A DNA stretch of 63,509 bases, the filler included, from Octopus bimaculoides (taxonomy: Eukaryota): NCBI RefSeq assembly GCF_001194135.2. It is 7 parts of 6 records of this genome, joined end to end, with 100 filler letters (N's around TTAATTAATTAA, not from the genome) between each part and the next. Parts side by side here need not be neighbours in the genome. Positions count along the whole stretch, not along the records: positions 17,705 to 27,239 come from NC_068988.1; positions 27,340 to 32,171 come from NC_068990.1; positions 32,272 to 53,301 come from NC_068989.1; 4 more parts are not named here. One strand, 5' to 3'. The first letter of the stretch is position 1; each line of letters opens with the position of its first letter. The position numbers and the translations under genes are program-made. Below are positions 25,245-37,336 of this stretch, piece after piece. The notes under the pieces were generated by a model. That model saw only the letters and a list, made by a program, of their open reading frames with translations. It had not been told where the DNA came from and ran no database searches.

Positions 25245-26720
25245 TTTCTTTTTTAAACACAAGGGTTTACATTAAGAAAAACATTATGGACATTACAGGA
25301 CAAAACAAAGAATGTATGTGTGTATGTGTGTGAGTGTGTGTTGTTGTGAGGGTTTTGCATTGCAAACAAGATGAACAAAATTTTAAAAATCAACAATGTG
25401 TGATCCTCAATAGGGTGGAGACGTTCAAGGGCGGCTCATGAGAAAACCTGCTCAGGGCAGACCCGTTCACCTACACCATTCTCACCACTTTCATCCACCT
25501 TTCAGCAAATTGGTTAGAAGACACTTTCCTCTCTACCCTTATTTTCCTTTTCAAGCGACACTTGAAAAAGTTGATCAGAGATTGGCCAAAGAGAAAAGTG
25601 TTTGTCTTCAGCCCCTTCATTCTTGTCCACCATACAAACGCTTTCACCATGGCCACCAAGCATATAAACACAGCCATGCCTTCTCAGTTAAAGGAAGGCT
25701 GTGGGGTGATCTTCATGATGGATTCAGTTGATCCGTCCCACACGCGACAGCAGCTGTTTGACATAAACCCACAGGTCAGCAAAACTTGGGCACTGGACAA
25801 GTGCATATAGGACCGTCTTGTCATCACGCGCACATCACAGATATGCTCAGCTGACGGCACTTCTGTGCCTGTAAAGTTTATCTCGAATGGGCAAATCTCC
25901 CTGGTAGCACTGCCAGGCCAAAGAGTTTTAGAAATTATCCATTGGTCCCGGGCTGAAAGTTCTTCAGAAAAGAGTGGCTACTTGATCTTCTTCGACACCC
26001 AAGTTCTCCCCAAGAACATCGTTGCACTTTTCCTTCACTAATCCTCTAAAAAATGCTAAAGTGGAGGTTCCAATGTCCAATTGGTTGAGGGCTGTGAGTG
26101 CTTGAAGACATTCCACTTTCCAAATGCTCCCTCTCGGTCTCTGTTTTAACCAGGACTGCAGCTCCGTTAAAGAAACTAGCTGTAGAAATACATGTCTGGT
26201 GAATCGGGACCACACCTGTTCACCATCAAGGAAGTACTGGAGATGTCGTAGCCTCAGCGCATATCTGCGCATCATCAACCATGGCATGCCCAGGTCACCA
26301 CTCAGCAGGTGTTGATAGCAGATAGACCGTCTGACCATCAGGACACGTCCCTTCCACAAGAAGTGGAAAACTATATGCTCCAGCTTAATCAGATGGTGGC
26401 CAGGACAAGGCACGGTGGTCAAGCAATAGTAGACAGATGTGATATATGCATTAGCCACCTCTGCCTGACCTTTCAGGGATAGCTTTCTCTTGGCCCATTT
26501 CCGGGTGAGAATATTCACCCTGCTCGTTACCTCGTCCTAGTTTTTGTCCATCTGGAGGTCTGGACCGAACCAGACCCCGAGAAATTTAACCGGTTCCTCT
26601 GTCCAGCGCCCAACGATACAGTTGGATGGCATGAAGCTGCTTCTTCAGGTGCCGAGCCACAAGCCCACTGATTTTTCTTGGTTAATCATCGCTCCTAAAA
26701 CCGCCTTGTACATGACCATG
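25245..26720 (-). mobile_element. 5'-truncated Tx1-like (L1 clade) LINE
   Basis: ORF2 C-terminal translation GAMINQEKS..LGVWFGP..RKWAKRKLSLKGQAEVANAYI..FHFLWKG..GDLGMP; 3' end TTTAAAAAAGAAA abuts (ATT)n. Confidence 0.85.
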
Positions 26721-27364
26721 TTGTCGGAAAAGAGAAAGGAAACAGAAGGAAAACTTGCTTGGTTTTGTTTGGAGGGGCGAATTGTCCGTCCCTCCTGTTT
26801 CCAACAGTTAATCATCAAGAATTATCTAATAATATTAACAAATAAAAGCAAAACAGGAACGAAAAATACGTGAAAAGGCCAGGCAGTCCTTCAGTCCCCT
26901 CAGAGTTATGTCCCTTAGACTGGGCTTTGGAATCATTACCCTGTGGGCCAGTTGCAAGTGACAATTGTCTCCCAGCAATTTGTATGTGTGTAAGTATGAA
27001 AAGGTGAAGTAGGGTGGGTGGGAGAAGTGGCTGGGTGAAAAAGAGGGTGAAAGGGACAGAAGGAGAAAGAAGAAAAGTGGGAAGGGAGTTCAAAGCCAAC
27101 TTGCATGTGTGTGTGTGTGTGTGTGTGCGCGCGCGCGAGTGCATAGTGTGTGTGTGTGTGTGTGTGTGTGTGAGTGCGTGGTGTGTGTATGTGTGTGATG
27201 GGTGTAACGAAATAGTATATATATATATATATATATATANNNNNNNNNNNNNNNNNNNNNNNNNNNNNNNNNNNNNNNNNNNNTTAATTAATTAANNNNN
27301 NNNNNNNNNNNNNNNNNNNNNNNNNNNNNNNNNNNNNNNATATATATATATATATATATATATA

Positions 27365-27530
27365 CGACGGGCTTCTTTCAGTTTCCCTCTACCAAATCCA
27401 CTCACAAGGCTTTGGTCGGCCCGAGGCTATAGTAGAAGACACTTGCCCAAGGTACCACGCAGTGGGAATGAACCCGAACCATGTGGTTTGTAAGCAAGCT
27501 ACTTACCACACACCCATTCCTGCGCCTAAT
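27365..27530 (-). mobile_element. SINE family B, 5' half
   Basis: Reverse complement of GTGGTAAGTAGCTTGCTTACAAACCACATGG..GGGCCGACCAAAGCCTTGTGAGTGG..GAAAGAAGCCCGTCG. Confidence 0.85.
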
Positions 27531-27779
27531 TTTTGCTTTAATTAACAGTTGGTTATACAACATATTTATTTGGATACAACGAGCGACACGTTTCTTCTGC
27601 ACTGAGTATGTGCAGTTGCACATGCAATTCAGCATAATATTCTGTGCACCTTTATTCAGGGTTCTTCAACAAGCGAAGTTCGAATTAAGCATTACCACCA
27701 ACTGTAAAATTAAAAGAAAACATTAACGATGTTCCATTCTCCGTATTCTTTATAATTGTTTGAAATCTACACTCATGAA

Positions 27780-27955
27780 AATATTCATAATTCAGAAAAG
27801 CGAACTCGGCGTTAGCAATCAGTAGAACTACAGTGGGATGGCTAATATTAAGCGATCATTGACACTTATTACTGCTTTTTGCGGTTAGCCGTAACCATGA
27901 ACATACTTGAGAGCTGCCACGGTACCAGCCTGGATAATTTATCCCTATACATTTA
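27780..27955. repeat. Unclassified dispersed repeat (inverted copy at ~36975-37150)
   Basis: Shared blocks GTATAGGGATAAATTATCCA and ATCCCACTGTA..TTCT.CTGA between the two loci. Confidence 0.55.
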
Positions 27956-27979
27956 CCTTCATATATATATATATATATA

Positions 27980-28275
27980 TACAGGATACTTTGGGTATTT
28001 GAGGACAGTTTTGTTATACAATAAAACAACTATATTTCAGCGTCAATGAATATGTATTTGAATAAACATTTGTGCAATTAGTCTTGATAATGATCTTTTT
28101 AAGCAAATTATTCTATGAAACCACCTTCGGCTTCGATGACTCCTTCAATGCAGGACCTAAACCGCTGGCATGCTGACACTATATGGTCCTTATTCATTTT
28201 GGACATCACCTGGACAATGCCGACCTCCAGTGAATCTATGGTATTATGAAGATGACGATTAGTCTCCCTTTCAAC
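27980..28275 (-). mobile_element. Tc1/mariner transposase C-terminal remnant
   Basis: Translates ..MSKMNKDHIVSACQRFRSCIEGVIEAEGGFIE*, a typical Tc1-like C-terminus. Confidence 0.7.
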
Positions 28276-28420
28276 AGCGGGTATTTATGAGGGGCATATT
28301 GGTTTCGTATATTTCTACCCCAGTGTCATTTTGATGGCATGCGCTGCTCTCTCTCTCAATAACAATAATAATAGTAATAGTAATAATAATAATACTACTA
28401 CTAATAATAATAATAATAAT

Positions 28421-29829
28421 ACCTACTCCAGAAGCAAGGGAAACTAATACAAATAGCCACAAAACACGAGCAAAACAAAAGACTGTTTTCAGTATTTAAG
28501 GAAGCTGACAAATACAAACAAGAAATCAATCTACCTAACAAATACGAAGAAGAAGAAGAAGAAACAACAAAAGCTATAAAACAAATGAAATCCAAACTAA
28601 AACTAGAACAGCAACGGACCATGATNNNNNNNNNNNNNNNNNNNNNNNNNNNNNNNNNNNNNNNNNNNNNNNNNNNNNNNNNNNNNNNNNNNNNNNNNNN
28701 NNNNNNNNNNNNNNNNNNNNNNNNNNNNNNNNNNNNNNNNNNNNNNNNNNNNNNNNNNNNNNNNNNNNNNNNNNNNNNNNNNNNNNNNNNNNNNNNNNNN
28801 NNNNNNNNNNNNNNNNNNNNNNNNNNNNNNNNNNNNNNNNNNNNNNNNNNNNNNNNNNNNNNNNNNNNNNNNNNNNNNNNNNNNNNNNNNNNNNNNNNNN
28901 NNNNNNNNNNNNNNNNNNNNNNNNNNNNNNNNNNNNNNNNNNNNNNNNNNNNNNNNNNNNNNNNNNNNNNNNNNNNNNNNNNNNNNNNNNNNNNNNNNNN
29001 NNNNNNNNNNNNNNNNNNNNNNNNNNNNNNNNNNNNNNNNNNNNNNNNNNNNNNNNNNNNNNNNNNNNNNNNNNNNNNNNNNNNNNNNNNNNNNNNNNNN
29101 NNNNNNNNNNNNNNNNNNNNNNNNNNNNNNNNNNNNNNNNNNNNNNNNNNNNNNNNNNNNNNNNNNNNNNNNNNNNNNNNNNNNNNNNNNNNNNNNNNNN
29201 NNNNNNNNNNNNNNNNNNNNNNNNNNNNNNNNNNNNNNNNNNNNNNNNNNNNNNNNNNNNNNNNNNNNNNNNNNNNNNNNNNNNNNNNNNNNNNNNNNNN
29301 NNNNNNNNNNNNNNNNNNNNNNNNNNNNNNNNNNNNNNNNNNNNNNNNNNNNNNNNNNNNNNNNNNNNNNNNNNNNNNNNNNNNNNNNNNNNNNNNNNNN
29401 NNNNNNNNNNNNNNNNNNNNNNNNNNNNNNNNNNNNNNNNNNNNNNNNNNNNNNNNNNNNNNNNNNNNNNNNNNNNNNNNNNNNNNNNNNNNNNNNNNNN
29501 NNNNNNNNNNNNNNNNNNNNNNNNNNNNNNNNNNNNNNNNNNNNNNNNNNNNNNNNNNNNNNNNNNNNNNNNNNNNNNNNNNNNTCCTATCATAGTAGGT
29601 GCCTTAGGTATAATAAAAAAATATTCAGACAAATACATAACAAAAACACCAGGACTTACAAATATATATAACATACAGAAAATTGCACTACTGGGTATTG
29701 CACACATTCTACGCAAAACACTTTCAATACAGTAAACATAAGAGCACCACAGCAAACCACAGCACATACCCAAGGCGCACAGAGCTGCGCTCGGTAGTGA
29801 AGTGAAAGCACGTTTTAAAAATAAAACTA

Positions 29830-29832
<3 letters not shown>
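28421..29832 (+). mobile_element. 5'-truncated R4/Dong-like retrotransposon embedded in a (TAA)n microsatellite (middle in an N gap)
   Basis: Open frame before the gap; after the gap PIIVGALGII..IQKIALLGIAHILRKTLSIQ* (end of the REL domain), a short 3' UTR, then (AAT)n; (TAA)n also upstream. Confidence 0.85.
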
Positions 29833-29864
<32 letters not shown>

Positions 29865-29868
29865 TGAT

Positions 29869-32171
29869 CTCTTTCTTGACCCCCAAAGGGTTTGCATAGA
29901 AAAACACTTTATGAACAAAACAGGAGAAATACAATGTGGGGTTATATGAAAGTTGTATAAACAATGAAAAATTGTAAACAATGAAAAAAACGACAGCAGA
30001 ATTCCCCAAAAGTGGGAGACCTACTAGAACTGCTCATGAAAACCCCACATTTCCACAACAATCCTGACCACGTGGGCAAGTGTCGTTTCCGCTTTATCTA
30101 CAGGCGCACATACTCAGAGTAGGCCCACTCACACGGGTCATTCTTGCAACATTCACCCAACTTTAAACAAAATTGCTGGAGGTGGGGGGAAGAACTTCCC
30201 TCTCCACTCTCACTTTCCTTTTCAAGTGAAATTTGAAAAAGCTGATGAGGGCTTGGCCAAATAGGAAAGTATTTTCAGCTCTTTCGACCTAGTCCACCAC
30301 ACAACTTCTTTTACTAAGGCCACCAGGCAAATAAAAACTGCTTGCCTTTCCCGGCCATAGGAAGGCGGCGGGACTATCCTCACATGAACTCAGCTGATAG
30401 CCGGATTCGTCCAACAGGTGACAGTAAGTGTTCGACATAAACCCACGAGTCAGAAATACTAGGAAACTGGATGAGAGCATGCAGACTGGTATAGTCGCTC
30501 TACGTGCATATCGGGTAACCCCGACTAACTGCACTTCCGTGCCTGTAGAATTTATCTCGAACAGGCAGTGCACCCTGGTAACATAGGCCATAACTCGAAA
30601 GTTCTCCGGAACAGACCAACCAACTCGTTCTTGTCGGTGCCCTGAGTCTCGAGAACGCCGTCGCACTTACCCACCCCCGCGCCATAGAATGCCATAGCAG
30701 AATTGTCATCGACTGCATTGCCCGACTAATAGAGGAGTGTGAGCGCCCGACGATACTCTAGGTGCTTGATCCAGGACTACAGCTGTGAGACAAGCTGTGA
30801 GAAATCGCATCTGATCAACGGCGACCACACCTGCTCCCCATCTAGGAAGCACTGGAGATGTCGCAGCCTCAGTGCATGTCTGCCATCTATAGCCACGGCA
30901 TGCCAAGCCCTCCATTTAGAGAGGGTTGACAGAAAATGGAACACCTGACCAGTAGAACGCGTCCCTTCACAGAGAGCGAAATAGTAAGCGCTCCAGTTTT
31001 GTCAGACTCGAACCGACACAGGGCACGACGATGAGGCGGTAGTAGATGTAAGCATTCACTACCTCCGCCCAACCTTTCAGGGATAGCTTTCTCTCAGCCC
31101 ATTTCTGGGCGATATTGGCCACCCTGCTCACCACTTCGTCCCAGTTCTTCTCCACTAGATCTGGACCGAACCAGACCCAGAGCAATTTAACACTTCCTTC
31201 CGTCCAGCGTCCCACGACGCTATTGGAAGGCATGGACTTGCCTCTCCACGTGGCAAGATTCAGACACGCTAAATTCTCGTGATTAATTTTTGCACCTGTC
31301 ACCGGTTCGTATTATTTTAGAGCAGTGTAGACCAGATCTATGTGCTTGGTGTTCGACACTATGACAGTGACGTCGTCCACGTATGCTGACATGGTCCTTC
31401 CACGTCCTACTTCGTGCAGAATGCCTTTCAACGCCTTCAGTTTCTGCAATAGTGACTCTAAAACCATCACATACAGGAGAGACGAGAGAGGACACCCTTG
31501 ACGGACAGAACGCATGATGCTGAAAGGTTCCAATAGGTAACCATTCATCCGAACTACCGAGTAGATTTCGTTGTACATTGCTGCGATCCAGCCACGGAAA
31601 ACGGCTAAGTATTGGTGGTCGACTCTATCAAAGGCCTTAGATTTATCTAAATTGATCAACGTCCCACCCATGCCAGCTTCATTCCCCACATGTGTCACAT
31701 GAGGTGGCGGTTGTTGTGGATGGATCTGTATAGGATGGCGCATGTTTGAGCATCACCTATCCATTCCTCGACGACAAGCGCCAACCTCTTCACTAGCACA
31801 AATCTTGAAGTCCGCGTTGAGCAGAGTTATGGGCCGAAAATTTTCTATTTGATCCCCCGATGTAAGCGCGGCGAGATTAGTCCTCGGCAAATTCTTCAAC
31901 GCTAAGCACGAAGGATGCATTGTCAGAGCTAAGGCACGTGCTCTAAAAAAGGAGGGAGTTAAAGCCACTCGATGGGCGCGAGTAGCAGAGTCCTTTCTAA
32001 GCAGTGCCACCACTCTCGACTCATAGAACTAGGAATTCTCCCGTTGTGCTGCCAGTTGCGGTAGATATCTGCTAAGAGGTCAACAAACAAGTCTAGCATA
32101 TAATAGTAAAGCTCGTAGAGCAAACAATCCAAACTAGGCGATTTGCCCGCCATGCAGCCCATCATCGCATC
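29869..32171 (-). mobile_element. Tx1-like LINE, disrupted ORF2 with RT domain
   Basis: Motifs FRPITLLNADFKI, INLDKSKAFDRVDH, RQGCPLSSLLYV, SAYVDDVTV, GAKIN, KWAERKLSLKG; homologous to the 25245 copy. Confidence 0.9.
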
Positions 32172-32318
32172 NNNNNNNNNNNNNNNNNNNNNNNNNNNNN
32201 NNNNNNNNNNNNNNNTTAATTAATTAANNNNNNNNNNNNNNNNNNNNNNNNNNNNNNNNNNNNNNNNNNNNATATACCAACCAATAATATCTCATTGATA
32301 AAACACAGCAAAAAAATA

Positions 32319-32327
32319 AAAGGATAC
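32319..32327 (-). other. Second U12-type 5' splice site of VAC14
   Basis: Exact GTATCCTTT directly after the 119-nt exon; the 3' end of this intron was not located. Confidence 0.8.
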
Positions 32328-32446
32328 AATGTTTCTAGAAGATCACAGGCATGCTCGTAGTTCTGTGTGAGATAACAGAGTGATACAGTGGCTACAGGAC
32401 CATGACACCAGGATTTGTAGAGGCAAGTGAAAAGGGAACAGCTCTC
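32328..32446 (-). CDS. VAC14: VAC14 exon ([39 protein letters not shown])
   Basis: Acceptor tgtttcAG; donor TT|GTATCCTTT (U12-type); 119 nt. Resembles VAC14 '[36 protein letters not shown]'. Confidence 0.96.
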
Positions 32447-33050
32447 CTGAAACAGAATAACAGAATGCAAATATTTAATTGAATGGAACAAGATTTTCTT
32501 TTCATAGATTAGAAAGTATCATATTATCATAATTATCATTTTCAATGAAGCTTCATCATCATCATCATCATCATTGTTGTTTAATGTTTGCTTTCCATGC
32601 TAGCATGGGTTGGATGATTTGATTGAGGACTGGCAAGCCAGGAGGCTGCACCAGGCTCAAATCAGATCTGGCAAGGTTTCTACAGCTGGATGCCCTTCTT
32701 AATGCCAACCACTCTGAGAGTACAGTGGATGTTTTTTACGTCACACCGGCAAGGTCGGCACTGGCATCAACCATGCTCGAATGGTGCTTTTTACGTGCCA
32801 CCAGCATGGGAGCCAGTCAGGTGGCACTGGTATAAACAGTATTTTCTTCTTATGCATTACTATTATAATTGCTAGCTCACCAGGCAAAATGTTTAGCGGT
32901 ATTTTGTCTGCCGCTATGTTCTGGGTTCAAATTCTGCCAAGGCCGACTTTCCCTTTCATGGTCAATAAATTAAGAACCAGTTGTCTACTAGGGTCAATGT
33001 AATCGGCTTAACCCCTCCCACCAAATTTCAGGCTTTGTGTCTATAGTAGA

Positions 33051-33104
<54 letters not shown>

Positions 33105-33114
33105 TATTATTATA

Positions 33115-33157
<43 letters not shown>

Positions 33158-33302
33158 TTCTTCTTCTTCTTCAAATTCTACTGAGGTCAACTTTGCTTTT
33201 CATCCTTTCAGGGTCAATAAAGTACCAGTTGGGCACTGGGAGCAATGTAATCGACTTAACCCTTCCCTGCAAATTTCAGGCCTTGTGCCTATAGTAGAAA
33301 GG

Positions 33303-33334
<32 letters not shown>

Positions 33335-33562
33335 GGTGGTGAGCTGGCAGAATTGTTAGCCTGCTGGACAAAATGCTTAGTGGCATTTCATCCGTCTTTA
33401 TGGCCTGAGTGCAAATTCCATCAAGGTTGACTTTTCATTCTTTCAGGGTCAATAAAATAAGTACCAGTTATTCAGCACTAGGACTGATGTAATCAACTTA
33501 CCCAACTCCCTCAAAATTGCTGGCCTTGTGTCAAAATTTGAAACCACCACCATCACCATCAC

Positions 33563-33598
<36 letters not shown>

Positions 33599-34634
33599 GA
33601 AGGCAGTGAGCTGGTGGAACTGTTAGCATGCTGGGCAAAATGAATAGCGACATTTCAACTTTATGTTCTGAGTTCAAATTCCATTGAGGTCGACTTTGCC
33701 TTTGATCCTTTCAGGGTTGATGAAATAAGTACCAGTTGAGTACTGGGGTTGATGTAATGGACTCATCCCCTCCCCCAAAATTGCTGCCCTTGTGGCAAAA
33801 TTTGAAACCATTATTATTATTATTATTATTATTATCATTATAGTAGAAAGGAACATTATTATTATTGTTGTATTTGGGGATGGTCATTATTATGATTATT
33901 TCCTAAAGAAAGGAAAAGAAATGACAAAGCAAATGGTTATACCGGTGTTTTTAAATCTTTAAGCTGGTTCCGCAACTCAAAGAGTTCGGTTGATGTGAGT
34001 AAAATAGTGTTGAGTGTTTGCACCATGATGCACGCAAAGGATGCATCCTCTTCTTGCATTAGTATTTCAGACAGCGTTCTATAGATGTCTTCTGCATTTA
34101 GCTGCAACGCCAGTTGTCTGAAATGGTAAAACAAATTCAAAGCTTTATTTACATTAAAATTTAATCTTTACTTTTACCTTTCTCATCTTGGCAAGTGTCT
34201 TATATAATTTCTGGGCTTACCAAAGCCTGGAATTTGGTAGACAGAAACGTGTGTGTGTGTATATGTGCGTGTGAGTGTGTAGATATGTATGTGGAAGTGT
34301 TACATTGTGTAATACTTCTATGCATCAATAAAAAAAAAACACATCTGAAACAGCCATATTGAACCACAATCCATCTGTTGTTATTTATTTATCATTCACC
34401 TTACTAGCAACCTGCAATTTGCTGGGATCTGGAGTCTTTTCTGTGCAGTACAATGGGTGCAGTGTTTGTACCCATATGTGACTTTGAGGGCTTGTATATT
34501 CAGTCAGCCATTTGCGATTGTACATAGAATTGGAGGTCTTCAAATATTGTTTGTACACGATAGTGATCTGACTTTGGTGCTTTACTATTTAAGGACCTAA
34601 TTCGCTTGAATCCTGACATTTTCATACATATACA

Positions 34635-34676
<42 letters not shown>

Positions 34677-36543
34677 CATATGTATGTTTACTTGTGTTTG
34701 TGTTCATAATGATATCTGTGTATATGAATTTGTACTTCTGTCTGTGAGTATTCATTATAGTAAATGATCTTGTTCTGATGTTTGTAATCTAGTGGTTTGA
34801 TGCCAGCAATTATGTCTCCTCTACTCAACATTCTGCTGTTCTACACTATAGTATCTCACCTTACCCCTATTCTTCTTTCTCCTTGTCTTCCTCAAAAGCT
34901 TTATACCTTGCCATTCCTTTTCTCTCACCATCAATTTAACATAAATAATTTAATGTTTATGACATTACCCATATTATATATGGTCATGCTTCTGTACAGT
35001 TTCACTCTCTCACTTGAGGGTCATCACACATTCCATATATTGATATTTTCTCTGAACCAAATTTTTAATTTTTAAGTTTTAATGCACCTGAAAATAACTT
35101 AATTTTTCATGATGTAATTGGTGTATTCATCAATAAAAATGTGTCTGAAACAGCTGTAATGAATTTCAACCCATTTGTGCTCTTTTCTCATGTACAGGGT
35201 GTCCCAAAAGTCACTGATGGGTTTCAATTTTTAATAACTTCCTTAACTTTACAAATAAATGCATGAAATTTCGATACAATATAAAAGACTGAATGGAAAT
35301 TAATTTGCATAAGTCAAATTTTACAACACCACTACATCACATATGAAAAATGACATCGCTTAAATGGCAGCCATTTTCAGCTTTGCACACCCGTGCTCTT
35401 TCCAAAACTTGCACCATAACACCCTCAAGAGTTTCCGATCCCACTTCTCTGATTTCTCAATTGATGTTCTTCAGTTGTACCAGGGTCTCTGGTTTGTTGA
35501 TGTAAACCCTCTCTCTCAGGTATCCCCACAAGAAAAAATTCGGGTTAGTCAAGTCTGGGGAACATGAAGGCCAGTTGACATTGCCGTAGCGGGAGATTAT
35601 TCTCTCTCTAAATCACTGCCGTAGCAACTGCATTGTTTCTCTCTTGTGGTATGAGCAGTTGCTCCATCTTGCTGGAACCATGTGTGAGGTTCCTGCAGAC
35701 CTGACTAGCCAGGAGGAGGAGGATCATGATCATGATGATGACTTACAAATTTGTCTGTGCTGGTGGTGTTGGTGGTAGTGATGATGATGACAAAACAGAG
35801 GGGTATCTGAAAACTATTGGAGATCAGATCAATTAACACAGTTATCTTTTAATGAAAGATGAAGTGTCAGTGACACAAAAGCTGCCAAAATATGATGGCA
35901 ATGTCAATGAGAAAACATGTATGCAAAGACACACACACATACACACATGTACAAACACATACATATACAAACGCACATACACCCATATGCAAACACTCAG
36001 ATATGCAAATATATCAAGACCCTTACCGTAGTATAAAGGTCCCTTTTTCTTCCAGCAGGTTTTGTTCACGATGAAACAATTGAATGAGTTCTCTCATGAA
36101 TTTATCAAAGTAGTGATTAAGACTAGTGAGGACCTTTGTGTTAGCACTCTTGTCTTCATTCCTGGATGTTTCAGTGCTGTTACTGGGTTTTGCTTGTTTG
36201 CCAGCTGGATTGGACGAAATTTCAGCAAGAGCTTCAAGATCAAGAAGTACAACCTGCAAAAGTAATTCATTACATATATATATAGAGAGAGATTGCTACA
36301 TATGTTTCCACAAAGCACATGTACTTTGTGGAAATGTACATAGAAATGCATTAAAGTATTTATGACTTTCCATTGAAAAGTTCATGTTATTACTACATTA
36401 ATCCTATGTTATAGCAGCACCGGACTAATAACTATCCCATAAAATTACTCTTGAAGATGGGAATAGTAAACAGTAGCTAGAAAAAGTAGCATAGAAGCTT
36501 TTTATGAGAGCACTCAAAAATGTTTCCCATAAACGAACTTAAA

Positions 36544-36611
<68 letters not shown>

Positions 36612-37286
36612 TGGCATTCCATCGATTATGACGACGAGGGTTCCAGTTGATTCGATCAATGGAACAGCCTGCTCGTGAAATTAACATGGAAGTGACTGAG
36701 CACTCCACAGACATGTGTACCTCTAACGTAGTTCTCGGGGAGATTCAGCGTGACACAGAGTGTGACAAGGCTGGCCCTTTGAAATAAGAGGTACAACAGA
36801 AACAGGAAGAAAGAGTCAGAGAAAGTTGCAGTGAAAGAATACAGTAGGGTTCACCACCACTCCCTGCCAGAGCCTTATGGAAATTTAGGTGCTTTCGCCC
36901 AATAAACACTCACAACACCCGGTCTGGGAATCAAAACTGTGATCCTATGACCACGAGTCCACTGCCCTACAATGAGTATATAGGGATAAATTATCCAAGT
37001 GGGTGCCGTAAGAGCTCTGAGATTAAGTCCAGATTCTGACTAACTGCATTAAGTAGTAAAAAGCACCAAGGATGGTTTATAGTGAGCAATCCCACTGTAA
37101 TTCTTCTGATGGGTAAATTCAGTTTTGCTTCACTAGATTATAAATATTTTTGGGAGTGCAAATCCAAAATAATTGCAAAGAATATGGAGACTGTTATATC
37201 TTTAAATTCTCTTTCTAATTTAACAGTTAATTATACAGCATAATAAGTAAGTTACAATGACGAACACGTGTGTGTGTGTTGTGTGC

Positions 37287-37336
<50 letters not shown>

